64,000 nt of DNA from an uncultured Acidobacteriota bacterium (GTDB taxonomy: Bacteria > Acidobacteriota > Thermoanaerobaculia > UBA5066 > Gp7-AA6). The stretch covers positions 321,537 through 385,536 of the forward strand of contig CAWAKL010000012.1 in assembly GCA_963782585.1 (NCBI GenBank), written 5' to 3'. Each line of letters begins with the position of its first letter. Positions within the stretch are counted from its first letter, which is position 1. Shown here piece by piece: positions 38,158 to 47,043 of the stretch. The notes under the pieces were generated by a model that saw nothing but the letters and a program-made list of their open reading frames with translations, had not been told where the DNA came from and ran no database searches. The position numbers and the translations under genes were made by a program.

Positions 38158-39122
38158 GCCGCGGCCGCGGCGCCGATCAGGCCGAGCCCCGTCTCCATGA
38201 CCACGCGCACCGGGATCGTCGCGAGCAGCCCGTCCATCGGGCGCTTGTCCTGAAACGAACGGAGAAACGCGGGCCGGCGCAACGCCGGTAGGATCTTCGG
38301 CGCGATCCCTCCCGCGAGAAAGACGCCTCCCGTCGCGCGGTAGGTCAGTGCGCAGTTGCCGGCTTCCGAGCCATAAATCGACACGAAGAGGTCGAGGGCC
38401 CGTCGGCAGAGGGCGTCGCGCCGCGACAGGCCGAAGCGGCTGATCACGGCCGCCCGATCGTCGGCTTTCTCGAGCTCCTCGCGAACATGGCGGCTCTCTC
38501 GCGCCGCCTTCTCGGACTTGAAGAACGCGTAGAGAGACACGAGCCCTCGGCCGGAGAGCACCCTCTCCCGCGTGGCGCGTCCGGACTCGCGCCGGAGGAA
38601 GGCGATGAGACGGTCCTCGAGCGGATTGCGTGCGGCCAGATCCGCATGACCGCTCTCGGACGGAACGACCTCGTGATGATCTCCGGACGGAACGAGACAG
38701 GCCTGACCGAGGCCCGTGCCGGCGCCGAGGATTCCGATCGGCCCACCCGACTCGGGGCGGCCCCGCGCGAGTGTCACGACCTGCCGGCCCTTGAGGAAAG
38801 GAAGCCCGCGGGCGTTCGAGACGAAATCGTTGAGCAGGACCACCCGGCGCATCCCGGTCGCGCGCGCGACCCGCGACTCTTCGATCCGCCACGGAAGGTT
38901 GGTGATCTTGGCCGCACCGTTGCGGACCGGCCCGGCGACACCGAAGCCGCCCGCCGACGGTGCGGGCTCGCCGCGCAGAAAGATCTCGATGATCTCTTCC
39001 AGGCCCGGGTAGTCGGCGCTCGGATAACGCTCCGAGCGCACCAGCGTGCGCGTCCGCGGACCGATCTCGAAGATCGCGAGGCTCGTCTTCGTCCCGCCGA
39101 TGTCGCCCGCGAGAATTCGCAT
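38118..39122 (-). CDS. glk: Glucokinase
   Basis: MRILAGDIGGTKTSLAIFE...GVAGPV.NG.AKITNLPW...LLNDF.....L...GAGTGLG...SE.GH.D.A......L.......RVS.ERVLSG.GL..LY.... The track ORF starts at the TTG at 39131; the ATG at 39122 is preferred. Confidence 0.88.
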   Translation of the reverse strand: MRILAGDIGGTKTSLAIFEIGPRTRTLVRSERYPSADYPGLEEIIEIFLRGEPAPSAGGFGVAGPVRNGAAKITNLPWRIEESRVARATGMRRVVLLNDFVSNARGLPFLKGRQVVTLARGRPESGGPIGILGAGTGLGQACLVPSGDHHEVVPSESGHADLAARNPLEDRLIAFLRRESGRATRERVLSGRGLVSLYAFFKSEKAARESRHVREELEKADDRAAVISRFGLSRRDALCRRALDLFVSIYGSEAGNCALTYRATGGVFLAGGIAPKILPALRRPAFLRSFQDKRPMDGLLATIPVRVVMETGLGLIGAAAAAYRVMAMETSRSS

Positions 39123-39235
39123 CGGCGACAAACCCTAGCAGACGCCCGTCCGGCCCGCGTCCTGTGGCCGGCATGGATGTGGCTTAGGCACCGTGCGGCG
39201 GCCGAAACGGGTGGAAGCCGGCTCGTTTCGCGGGC

Positions 39236-39272
39236 AAAAAAAAGCCCCGGGTCGGGGTGGGGCCGCCCGGGG
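39236..39272 (-). terminator. Orphan Rho-independent terminator about 100 nt upstream of glk
   Basis: The - strand reads CCCCGGG-14 nt-CCCGGGG, then C, then T8 (A8 at 39236-39243 on the + strand). No convincing CDS lies upstream of it on the - strand. Confidence 0.7.
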
Positions 39273-39807
39273 GGCGAAAGGAGGAGGTTGAGGTTCCTTT
39301 GCTCGCCATTCGGGAATAGCAATCGCGCGGCCAAGCCGAGTCCTGAGAGTTAAGTCTTGTTTCACAGAGAGCTTGCATCCTGACCGAATCCGGCGCACTG
39401 ACGAGAATTGTCAGGGCCGAAGTACAGGTTTCTGCCTCAATTTTGCGCGGCGCGGCCGCGCTGGCCTTCGCCTTCGGCTCTCCCTCGGGGACGCGCCTCC
39501 GCGATCGCTCGCTGCCGCTGCCTCGTCCGCGATTTGCCCGCGGCGGCGGACCGCGACGACCGCGGAAGTCGCGCGACACCATGCTCGAGGTCGAAACGTC
39601 TGCTTCTGCGCCCGACGCACAGAGTTGCTCGTCGCCGTTGCCCCACGCGGAGTGACGTGAAGGTCCTCGTTCCTGCGGCCGCAAACAACTCGGTCCGCGA
39701 GTCGTGGTCGCGAATACGGATGCTGTCCGGGATTCTCTCGCTGCGCTCCAGGTTGACGCCGGAACGGCCGCCGCGTCGATTTTCGGACTCGGGTTAGGAT
39801 CCCGCCG

Positions 39808-40581
39808 ATGCTTCAAGGCCTCTTGCCGCTCGAGCGGCCGCTCGTCGTGTTCGATACCGAAACGACCGGCACGAACTCGCGTTCGGACCGCATCATCGAG
39901 ATCGCGTGTCTGAAGATCCATCCTGACGGCCGGCGCGAGGACTGGGTCCGCCGCTTTCAACCGGGCATTCCGATCCCGCCGGGGTCGACGGCGATCCACG
40001 GAATTGTCGACGCCGATGTCGCGAACGCGCCCCGGTTTCGCGAGGCCGCCGCCGAGCTCGCGGCGTTTCTGGACGGCTGTGACCTGGCCGGGTACAACAT
40101 CGCCGGGTTCGACCTGCCGGTGTTGCGCGCCGAGTTTCTGCGCGCGAACGTGCCGTTCGAGGTGACCGACCGGCGCCTCGTCGACGCCCAGCGGATCTTC
40201 TTCTCGCGGGAGCCGCGTCACCTCGCGGCCGCCGCCCGCTTCTACTGCCAGAGCGACCACGACGGAGCCCACGGCGCTCTCGCCGACGCCGAGATGACCC
40301 TGCGTGTCTTCGCCGGCCAGCTCTCCCGCTACGCGGAGCTGCCCCGGTCGGTCGGCGAGCTCCACGACATGTTCTGCGCGGGCATCGACCAGGACCTCGA
40401 TCCCGAGGGCCGGTTCCGCCTGGTCAACGGCCAGCCCACCGTCAACTTCGGCAAGAATCGCGGCCGCCTGCTCCGAGACATCACCCGCGAGGAACCCGGC
40501 TTCCTGCGCTGGATCATCAAGGGCGACTTTTCGGAGCCGGTGAAACAGATCGCGAAGAAGTACCTGCCGGAAGGCGGGTAG
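39808..40581 (+). CDS. DnaQ-like 3'-5' exonuclease (DEDDh) with C-terminal DUF3820-like domain
   Basis: 257-aa ORF. ExoI VVFDTETTG, ExoII GYNIAGFDLPVL and ExoIII HGALADAE. C-terminal ...FGKNRGRLLRDITREEPGFLRWIIKGDFSEPVKQIAKKYL. Confidence 0.85.
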   Translation: MLQGLLPLERPLVVFDTETTGTNSRSDRIIEIACLKIHPDGRREDWVRRFQPGIPIPPGSTAIHGIVDADVANAPRFREAAAELAAFLDGCDLAGYNIAGFDLPVLRAEFLRANVPFEVTDRRLVDAQRIFFSREPRHLAAAARFYCQSDHDGAHGALADAEMTLRVFAGQLSRYAELPRSVGELHDMFCAGIDQDLDPEGRFRLVNGQPTVNFGKNRGRLLRDITREEPGFLRWIIKGDFSEPVKQIAKKYLPEGG

Positions 40582-40595
40582 TCGAGAGCAGTCGA

Positions 40596-41180
40596 CTACT
40601 TCTTCGGTCCCTTCACCGTCTGCGTGAATCGCAGCGTCTCACCGCTCTTGAGGCTGCGCACGCGGATGCTCCCGGGCTCGAGCTCCACCGCCCACTTTCC
40701 GACGGCGCCCCGCATGGCCAGGGCGCAGGCCGTGATGCCGAGCGTGTCGCCCGCGAACCCGTCACCCGCGGGCTTCATCGTGAAGCTGCACGCGGACGTG
40801 AGCTCGCGCTCGGTGAAGCTGCCGACGTCCTGCGACAGCACCGTCACGGAGGGATCGAAGTGCGGAATGTACGTGAAGTAAATGTCCTGGCCCTGCGACT
40901 CGAGACGGATGACACCCTGCTGGCGGACGATGTCGTTCTCGTATTTCCCGGTGACCTGCACGAAGATGTCCCAGGGATGCGAGGGATCGATGGTGATCGT
41001 GCTCATGTCGAGCTGGAGCTTGTTGCCCGGCGTCGATCCTTCGAAGCGGCCCTGCAGGATGGCCGCGATCTCGTAGATGCGGTCCGGCGTCGCGGCCGCG
41101 AGCGGCGCGCTCGTGAGGGGAAGCGCGGCGGCGAGGCCCAGCACCAGGATGAAGCTGCGTGTTGCCAAGGACGTTCTCAT
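40596..41180 (-). CDS. Secreted hypothetical protein (possible lipocalin/CpcT-like fold)
   Basis: Track ORF 40596..41198. The ATG at 41180 is preceded by GGAGG. Signal peptide MRTSLATRSFILVLGLAAALPLTSAPLAAA. The fold assignment is weak pattern recognition only. Confidence 0.55.
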   Translation of the reverse strand: MRTSLATRSFILVLGLAAALPLTSAPLAAATPDRIYEIAAILQGRFEGSTPGNKLQLDMSTITIDPSHPWDIFVQVTGKYENDIVRQQGVIRLESQGQDIYFTYIPHFDPSVTVLSQDVGSFTERELTSACSFTMKPAGDGFAGDTLGITACALAMRGAVGKWAVELEPGSIRVRSLKSGETLRFTQTVKGPKK

Positions 41181-41279
41181 GATTCCTCCGGGAGCCAACG
41201 AGTTGCGAGATCCGTTCCACAGCGCCGGGCGGAGGACCCGGGTCGCTTCGCGGCTCGAAAGAGCCTGCTCCTCATCGGT

Positions 41280-41864
41280 TTACGGCGGCCCCGCGAGGGA
41301 CCCGGCAGCCGACTCCCGGGCCAGCAACGTCCCCTCCGGGGGACGAGTTGACCCGAGACGCTGCATCGACGCCAGGCCCTTGACCGTGCGCTGCAGTGCC
41401 TTTCGAAACGCCTCATTGAGGGCTTCTTCGTCGGCGCCGCTGTAGGCGGGGCGCGTCTCTTCCTCGTTCGCTTCGAACTCCGTGAGCGTGCTCCCGCCCG
41501 GATTGGTCGCCGTCACGGTCCATTCCGCCGCGGCGTCCTGATAGCGATCGTGCTCCTCGACCCCGAGCCGGTGGATCGTGATCGTGATCGTCGGAGCGCC
41601 CTCGCCCGCCGCGCCGGCAGTCCAGCGGCAGCCCGGAAACGAGCTCTCGATGCCGCTGCGAACGGACGCGACGGCTTTCTCGCTGGCTTCGGGAATCGCG
41701 CGCCGATCCACGACGTCGAGCCTCCAGGAGATCAGTCCGGCGGGACAGGAGACCTCGGGATCGGGGAAGGACTGCGGCCGGATGGGCGCGGGCCCGCACC
41801 CGCGGCCGGCGAGCGCGACGCCTGCGAGACACACGAGGACGAGAACCGTGTTGAAGGACTTCAT
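41280..41864 (-). CDS. Secreted/lipoprotein-like hypothetical protein
   Basis: C-terminal 194 aa of track ORF 41280..42032. Starts MKSFNTVLVLVCLAGVALAGRGCGP.... Begins 8 nt after the corrected WYL-regulator stop. Confidence 0.6.
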   Translation of the reverse strand: MKSFNTVLVLVCLAGVALAGRGCGPAPIRPQSFPDPEVSCPAGLISWRLDVVDRRAIPEASEKAVASVRSGIESSFPGCRWTAGAAGEGAPTITITIHRLGVEEHDRYQDAAAEWTVTATNPGGSTLTEFEANEEETRPAYSGADEEALNEAFRKALQRTVKGLASMQRLGSTRPPEGTLLARESAAGSLAGPP

Positions 41865-41871
41865 CGTTGCC

Positions 41872-42930
41872 TCACGAACGCCGGCTTGCGCCGGACTTCT
41901 TCCGGTTTCCGCCCGCGGTGGACGCGGGCGGTTGCGCCGATCCGCCGGCGTAGGTCCGGACCAGCGCCTCGGCCTCCGAGCGCATTTCCTCGACGAGCTC
42001 CGGCGGGGAGAGGACCTCGGCATGGCGGCCATATCGCGAGGATGAAACGCCGGGCTTCGCGCAGCGCTTCCACCGGCAACTCCAGGATCGCCCGGCCCTC
42101 GGCGTCGGTCTCGATCTTCTGCTTCGGATGCCAGACCATCTCACGGATCTCGCCGGAGACCTCGGGTGAGAAGCGGACGCGGAAGCGAAACGCGCGGTTG
42201 CCCTTCCCGACGAAGAGGCCGAACGTGTTGCGGAAGAACGCGTCGGCGTCGAAGTCCTTCGGGATCGCGTAGCGCTCCGCCGTCACGCGGGCGCTCGCGA
42301 TGCGCCCGAGATAGAAGTTCTTGATCTGGGACTGATCCTCGGCGAGGACCATCCAGTCGCTGCCGGCGAGCACGAGGGCGTAGGGCCGGATCGTGCGGGG
42401 CTCGCCCGGAGGCTCGCCGGGATGCCGGTAGCGGATCGCGAGCGCCACGCCCTTCTGCAGGGCCTCCGACACGGCGACCCATGTCTCTTCGGCCACCGGC
42501 CGGAACGCGGCCGCGCGCAGCGTCAGCATCTCCCGCACGATCTCCGGGCGCAGGCGCACGCTCGGCGGCATCAGGCGAGCGAGCCGCCCGTAGCAGGACG
42601 AGAGCGTGCGGGCGAGGGGAGTGCCTCCGAGAAGCTGCAGCACCTGCGCGGCGACGCCGATCGCGAAGAGGTCCGCGCCGTCGACGGGAAGAAACGGAAG
42701 CACGTAGTCCTCGCGCGCGTACGCGTAGCCGTTCTCCTCGCGGCGGAACTCGATGGGCGCTTCGAGCTCGTCGCGCAGGTAGTCGAGGTCGCGCTGGACG
42801 GTCTTCGTCGAGACCGAGAGCTCTTTGGCGAGCGAGCTCGTGTTGGGAAAGCGGCCTTCTTTGATCGCGTGGTGGATCGTCTGGAGGCGCCGCCAGAGCG
42901 GCCTGTCCTTGAATGCACCCTCGCGGCCCA
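41872..42930 (-). CDS. HTH-WYL-WCX transcriptional regulator (YafY/PafBC-like); apparent 1-nt insertion near the 3' end
   Basis: HTH region ...RRLQTIHHAIKEGRFPNTSSLAKELSVSTKTVQRDLDYLRDEL. WYL region ...IRPYALVLAGSDWMVLAEDQSQIKNFYLGRI. The conserved C-terminal RYGRHAEVLSPPELVEEM... continues in the frame ending at 41872 (track ORF 41872..42144). The switch is at about 42037. Start set at the GTG at 42930. Confidence 0.75.
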
Positions 42931-43102
42931 CGGAGCGGATTCTCTCCCGCCGACAGGCCCCTGTCAGAAATTGTCCGCGATGTGGCTCCCGGCACATCCC
43001 GGACTGTCACGAAGGACCAGTCCACGGCGCGTAAACGTCGCTCCATCAGTCGTTTGGAGAGGGCTGCCTCGTGGCTCGTCGCTTGCACCTCTTCCGGGCA
43101 TC

Positions 43103-43285
43103 ATGCAAATCCCCTACGACCTGGAGTTCGTCGAGAATCGGCCCACGGTTCAGGTGAGGGCGGTTGCGCTGGACGAAACCTACCCGTTCGGCCGCTCGCG
43201 CACGGCTCGGCCCGAGGGGGACGCGTTCGACGCGCTGCTCCGCTGGGTCCACCGCATGATCACGCGGCTCGACCAGCGGTCCTAG
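43103..43285 (+). CDS. 60-aa ORF resembling the N-terminal half of a GyrI-like/effector-binding domain (possible gene remnant)
   Basis: MQIPYDLEFVENRPTVQVRAVALDETYPFG....GDAFDALLRWV.... GC3 is strongly coding-like. Divergent from the WYL regulator. Too short to be a complete domain. Confidence 0.4.
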   Translation: MQIPYDLEFVENRPTVQVRAVALDETYPFGRSRTARPEGDAFDALLRWVHRMITRLDQRS

Positions 43286-43332
43286 CCGATCGCAGTCGCG
43301 CGGAGGGCGGGGACTCAGTCCCGCCCCGGCGA

Positions 43333-44280
43333 TCACTTGAGGAGCGGCAGAAGCTCCTTCACCGTCGCGGCTTCCTTTCCGTTCGGGTCGAGCTCCAGGT
43401 ACTTCTCGAAGTGCTCCTTGGCGGGCGCCTTCTTGTTCTGGTTGAAGCACGCCATCCCGAGCAGGTAGTGCGCATTGGCGAAGTCGGGCTTCGCGGCCAC
43501 GGCCTTTTCGAGCGTGGCCTCGGCGTCCTTCATCTTGCCCTTGTTGTACGCCTCGACGCCCTTGTTGTAGAGGATCTCGGGAGAATCGGGATTGGCGTCC
43601 GCGTACGCCGCGGAGAACTCGGCGGCCTTCGCCTTGTCGCCCATCTGCGTCGCGGCCGACCCCATCATCTGGTACAGGTTCGTGAGCGACGGATCGAGAT
43701 CCGTGGCCTTCTGGCCGTACTCGATGACCTTCGCCCAGTCCTTCTTCTCGTAGGCGAGCTGTGAAAGGGCCTGCCAGCCTGCCGGAAGGTCCGGGTTCTT
43801 CTTCACGGCCTCGAGGAACTTCGTTTCCGCCGTGGCCTTGTCGCCGGCCTGCAGGGCTTCGACTCCGGAATTGAAGGACGTGACGGCCTGCTCGCTCGTC
43901 GACATCTTCGGGCCGGCGGCGGCGGCGGCCTTCGCCTGCGCCTCGGTCTTGCTCGTCAGCTTCGCGTCGATCGTCGCGATTTCGCCGATCGGGATCTTCT
44001 TGTCCATCTCGTAGCTGAGGTAGCCGTCCTTTTCGAACTTGAAGTGATACGGCATGGTGCAGTCGGGCAGGAGGTTGCCGTACTTGCCCTTGGCGTCCGT
44101 CTTGACCGTGAGGTTGAAGGTTGTCAGGTTCGGCGTCGTGACCGTGACTGTCGCCTCGGGGACCGGCGCGCCCGTGGTGTCGGTGACCACGCCGCTGATC
44201 CGGCACTGGGCCCCGGCCTGAAGGTAGCCGGCCGTGAGGAGCGCGCCGACTGCCATCGTCCATCGTTTCGTCGTGTTCAT
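43333..44280 (-). CDS. Secreted carboxypeptidase-regulatory-like domain plus TPR repeat protein
   Basis: 315-aa ORF. ...RISGVVTDTTGAPVPEATVTV...TDAKGKY... (CarboxypepD_reg-like) followed by several TPR-like repeats. Confidence 0.7.
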   Translation of the reverse strand: MNTTKRWTMAVGALLTAGYLQAGAQCRISGVVTDTTGAPVPEATVTVTTPNLTTFNLTVKTDAKGKYGNLLPDCTMPYHFKFEKDGYLSYEMDKKIPIGEIATIDAKLTSKTEAQAKAAAAAGPKMSTSEQAVTSFNSGVEALQAGDKATAETKFLEAVKKNPDLPAGWQALSQLAYEKKDWAKVIEYGQKATDLDPSLTNLYQMMGSAATQMGDKAKAAEFSAAYADANPDSPEILYNKGVEAYNKGKMKDAEATLEKAVAAKPDFANAHYLLGMACFNQNKKAPAKEHFEKYLELDPNGKEAATVKELLPLLK

Positions 44281-44409
44281 GGTTCTCCTTCGGGCGGCGC
44301 GCCGTCCGGCCGGTCCGCCGACCCCTGGTCCGGATTCTATTGAAGTCCGGCCCCCTGGAAAACGAGCGAATGCGGCGGGGGATTCCGAAGAACCGGGCCG
44401 CTGGACGGC

Positions 44410-46287
44410 TCAGGCCGGCGTGCGGGGCTCGGCCGCCCTCTGGCGGGGAATCGACTGGAGGAGCTCGCTCGCCATCCGGTACTTGCCCATGGGCATGACG
44501 TGGATGCCGCGGGCGAGACGGGCGATCCCGGCGGCGAGCTCGCGGGCGATGTCGAGGCCCTCGGCCTTTTCGTGCTCCGCCCCGCGCTCCGCGGCGCGGC
44601 GCATGCGGTCCTGAATCGCGGGCGGCACGACGATGCCCGGGACCTCGTTCGCGAAGAAGAGCGTCTGCTTGAGCGAGAGCAGGGGAATCAGCCCGATGAG
44701 GATCGGGATCGCCCGGGCTTCCGGGCGCTCCAGGAAGCGCGCCAGGGCCTCGAGGTCGTAGACGGGCTGCGTCTGCGCGAACGTCGCGCCGGCCTCGATT
44801 TTCGCCCGCAGCTTCGAGAACTCGATTTCCTGGTCCTTGGCGGCGGGATTCGCGGCGCAGGCGATGGCAAATCGCGTCGGGACGCCGATCGCGTTGCCTG
44901 CGAGGTCGGCGCCCGAGTTCAGGCCCTTCGCCATCCGAAGCAGGCCGAGGACGTCGACTTCCGAGACCTGCTTGGCCTGCGGATAGTCGCCGATCTTGAG
45001 CGGATCGCCGCCCAGGCAGAGGATGGCCTTCAGCCCGAGGCCGGCCGCGCCGAGCAGATCCGACTGCAGGCCCAGCACGTTGCGGTCGCGCGTCGTGATC
45101 TGCACCACGGCCTCGAGCCCCGTCTCCCGCTGGATCAGCGCGGCCACCGCGATCGAGGACATGCGCAGGCGCGCCATGGGGTTGTCCGTCACGTTGACGG
45201 CGTCGACGCCGCCGGCCTTCAGGAGGCGTGCCCCCTCGATCGCCGTCGCGCCGTCGGCGCCCTTCGGGGGCTCGACCTCGGCGGTCACGACGAACTCGTC
45301 CGTCTCGGCGAGCTTGCGCTTGAGGCGGGAGGTCTCGATCTCCGGCGCGGCGGTGTGCTCGATCTCGGCGTCGAGGACGACCGAGACCGGCCGGGCCGGG
45401 TTCGTGCGCTTGCGGCCCGCGACCTCCCGGGCCATGGCGCGGATGTGCTCGGGCGTCGTGCCGCAGCAGCCGCCGACGATGGCGGCGCCCGCCTCGACGA
45501 ACGCCGCGGCGTACTCGCGAAGGTAGTCGGGCGAGGAGAGGTAGACGTTGCGGCCGTGGACGAGGCTCGGGTAGCCCGCGTTCGGCATCACGCAGAGCGG
45601 CGCGGACACCGAGGCCGCGAGCTTGACGAAGAGATCGTGGGTTTCCTGGGGCCCGAGCGTGCAGTTCATGCCGACGGCGTCGGCGCCCGCGAGCGAGAGG
45701 GTCGAGAGGGCGTGCGAGACCGATTCGCCGAAGGCCGTTCGGCCGTCCGCGAGAAACGTCATCTCGGCGACGAGAGGAATCTCCGCCGAAAGGGCGCGCA
45801 CCGCGCGGACGGCTTCGGCGGCCTCGAGCAGACTGCCGAAGGTTTCCAGCAGCACGAGATCGACGCCCGATTCCAGGAGCAGTCGCGCCTGCTCCTCGAA
45901 GATCTCGCGCACCTGCGTGAGCTGGAGGGAACCGTACGGCTTGACCAGAGCGCCCAGCGGCCCGATCGATCCGGCGACGAACGCGAGCTCGCCGGCCGCG
46001 GCCTCGCGCGCGAGGCGCACGCCCTCCCGGTTGATCTTCTCGAGCGAGTCGGCCCACTCGTGGGACGTCAGCTTCACGCGGTTGGCGTCCCACGTGTTCG
46101 TCGTCAGGATCCGCGCCCCGGCGTCGAGATAGTCCTCGTGGACCTCCCGCACGGACTCCGGGTCGGACAGATTGAGCGGCGAGCGCGCCTGCTCGGGCGT
46201 CGCGCCGCGCGAGGTGAGCAGGGTGCCGATCGCCCCGTCGGCGAGCAGCACCTCCTCGGTGATGGCCTTGCGGAAGTCCTTTTTCAT
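44410..46287 (-). CDS. yitJ: Bifunctional homocysteine S-methyltransferase / 5,10-methylenetetrahydrofolate reductase
   Basis: 625-aa ORF. The N-terminal HMT domain has (...LLADGAIGT...ILTTNTW...GGCCGTTPEHI...). The C-terminal MetF domain has (...FVVTAEVEPPKG...DAVNVTDNP.A..RMS...). Preceded by a SAM-I riboswitch. Confidence 0.9.
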   Translation of the reverse strand: MKKDFRKAITEEVLLADGAIGTLLTSRGATPEQARSPLNLSDPESVREVHEDYLDAGARILTTNTWDANRVKLTSHEWADSLEKINREGVRLAREAAAGELAFVAGSIGPLGALVKPYGSLQLTQVREIFEEQARLLLESGVDLVLLETFGSLLEAAEAVRAVRALSAEIPLVAEMTFLADGRTAFGESVSHALSTLSLAGADAVGMNCTLGPQETHDLFVKLAASVSAPLCVMPNAGYPSLVHGRNVYLSSPDYLREYAAAFVEAGAAIVGGCCGTTPEHIRAMAREVAGRKRTNPARPVSVVLDAEIEHTAAPEIETSRLKRKLAETDEFVVTAEVEPPKGADGATAIEGARLLKAGGVDAVNVTDNPMARLRMSSIAVAALIQRETGLEAVVQITTRDRNVLGLQSDLLGAAGLGLKAILCLGGDPLKIGDYPQAKQVSEVDVLGLLRMAKGLNSGADLAGNAIGVPTRFAIACAANPAAKDQEIEFSKLRAKIEAGATFAQTQPVYDLEALARFLERPEARAIPILIGLIPLLSLKQTLFFANEVPGIVVPPAIQDRMRRAAERGAEHEKAEGLDIARELAAGIARLARGIHVMPMGKYRMASELLQSIPRQRAAEPRTPA

Positions 46288-46298
46288 TTTCCGGGCAA

Positions 46299-46471
46299 CA
46301 AAAAAGCCTCTCGATGAGAGGCGCCCGGTCCGTTTGGATCGGTTCGCGGCGCCCTCATCTTCTTCTTCGCCTCCGAAGAATCCGGATTTGGCACCTGTCG
46401 ATCCGCGCCGCGATGCGCGGTCCGGTTGCCGTGGGGTCTCGGGGCCGGTCCCTCGCCCACTCTCGATGACG
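46299..46471 (-). promoter_or_regulatory. SAM-I (S-box) riboswitch with intrinsic-terminator expression platform
   Basis: The - strand reads CAUCGAGAGUGGGCGAGGGACCGGCCCCGAGACCCCACGGCAACC...GGUGCCAAAUCC...GAAGAUGAGG, matching the S-box core. It is followed by GCCUCUC-aucg-GAGAGGC and U6 (46299-46322), directly upstream of the ATG at 46287. Confidence 0.9.
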
Positions 46472-46614
46472 TCAAAGAGCCGGGGAATAGCCTAGCACGG
46501 CGGAAACAGGTAAAGAGGGTCGGTTCCGGTTGTCCGACTACCGGTCCTGCTACACTCTCCCGGTCCTCATCGCCCGTCCGGGCGTCCCCATCGGCTCCTC
46601 GAAAGGAGCCGAAA

Positions 46615-47019
46615 ATGCTGCCGGTCCTGCTTCTGCCTCTGCTGTTTCTCGCCCCCGGTCCCTCCCCGTCGGAAGACCCCTGGATCGAGGTCCGCCTCAC
46701 GATCACGCGCGACCCCTACTCGTCGAGCGACCATGTGACCCTCTGCCGCGTCCGCGCGGTCAACCACGGCAGCCGCCGCTGGCCGGGCCGCTCGCTCGCC
46801 TTCGAGGCCCGCGCGCGCGGGGGAGGCGTCACGGTGCGTGAGCGCGGCCGCTTCGGCCTGGAGCTTGCGCCGTACGGTTCACTCGAAACGCTCATCTCCC
46901 TGCCGGGCCGCCACGACTTCGTCGAAGTGACTCCGATTGCTCCGGGCGACGACACGCGCGAACGCCGGCCGCGCGCGTCGGGTTCCGGTTCGAAGAAGCG
47001 GAAGCGGCCGCGCTCGTGA
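46615..47019 (+). CDS. Small secreted hypothetical protein with basic C-terminal tail
   Basis: The ATG at 46615 is preceded by AAAGGAG. MLPVLLLPLLFLAPGPSPSEDPW... lies within track ORF 46426..47019. Confidence 0.6.
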   Translation: MLPVLLLPLLFLAPGPSPSEDPWIEVRLTITRDPYSSSDHVTLCRVRAVNHGSRRWPGRSLAFEARARGGGVTVRERGRFGLELAPYGSLETLISLPGRHDFVEVTPIAPGDDTRERRPRASGSGSKKRKRPRS

Positions 47020-47043
47020 GTTCCGGCGATACAATGCCGGCCA

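Noticed and set aside
39275-39353. A strong Shine-Dalgarno-like AAAGGAGGAGG is followed by a TTG and a 21-codon ORF (MRFLCSPFGNSNRAAKPSPES) on the + strand.
   Set aside because: The TTG abuts the SD with no spacer, and the purine tract is also one arm of a local hairpin. The peptide has no features and its codon usage is not GC3-biased.
39398-39424. CTGACGAG...GAAG resembles the hammerhead ribozyme core CUGANGA...GAAA.
   Set aside because: No stem II can be drawn between the two boxes, the second box is GAAG rather than GAAA, and there is no stem I/III partner with a UH cleavage site. Judged to be a coincidence.
43290-43332. The hairpin GGGCGGGGAC-tcag-TCCCGCCCC lies after the TPR gene stop.
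   Set aside because: The stem is plausible, but no U-run follows on the relevant strand and it overlaps the end of the small + strand ORF. It is too ambiguous to call as a terminator.
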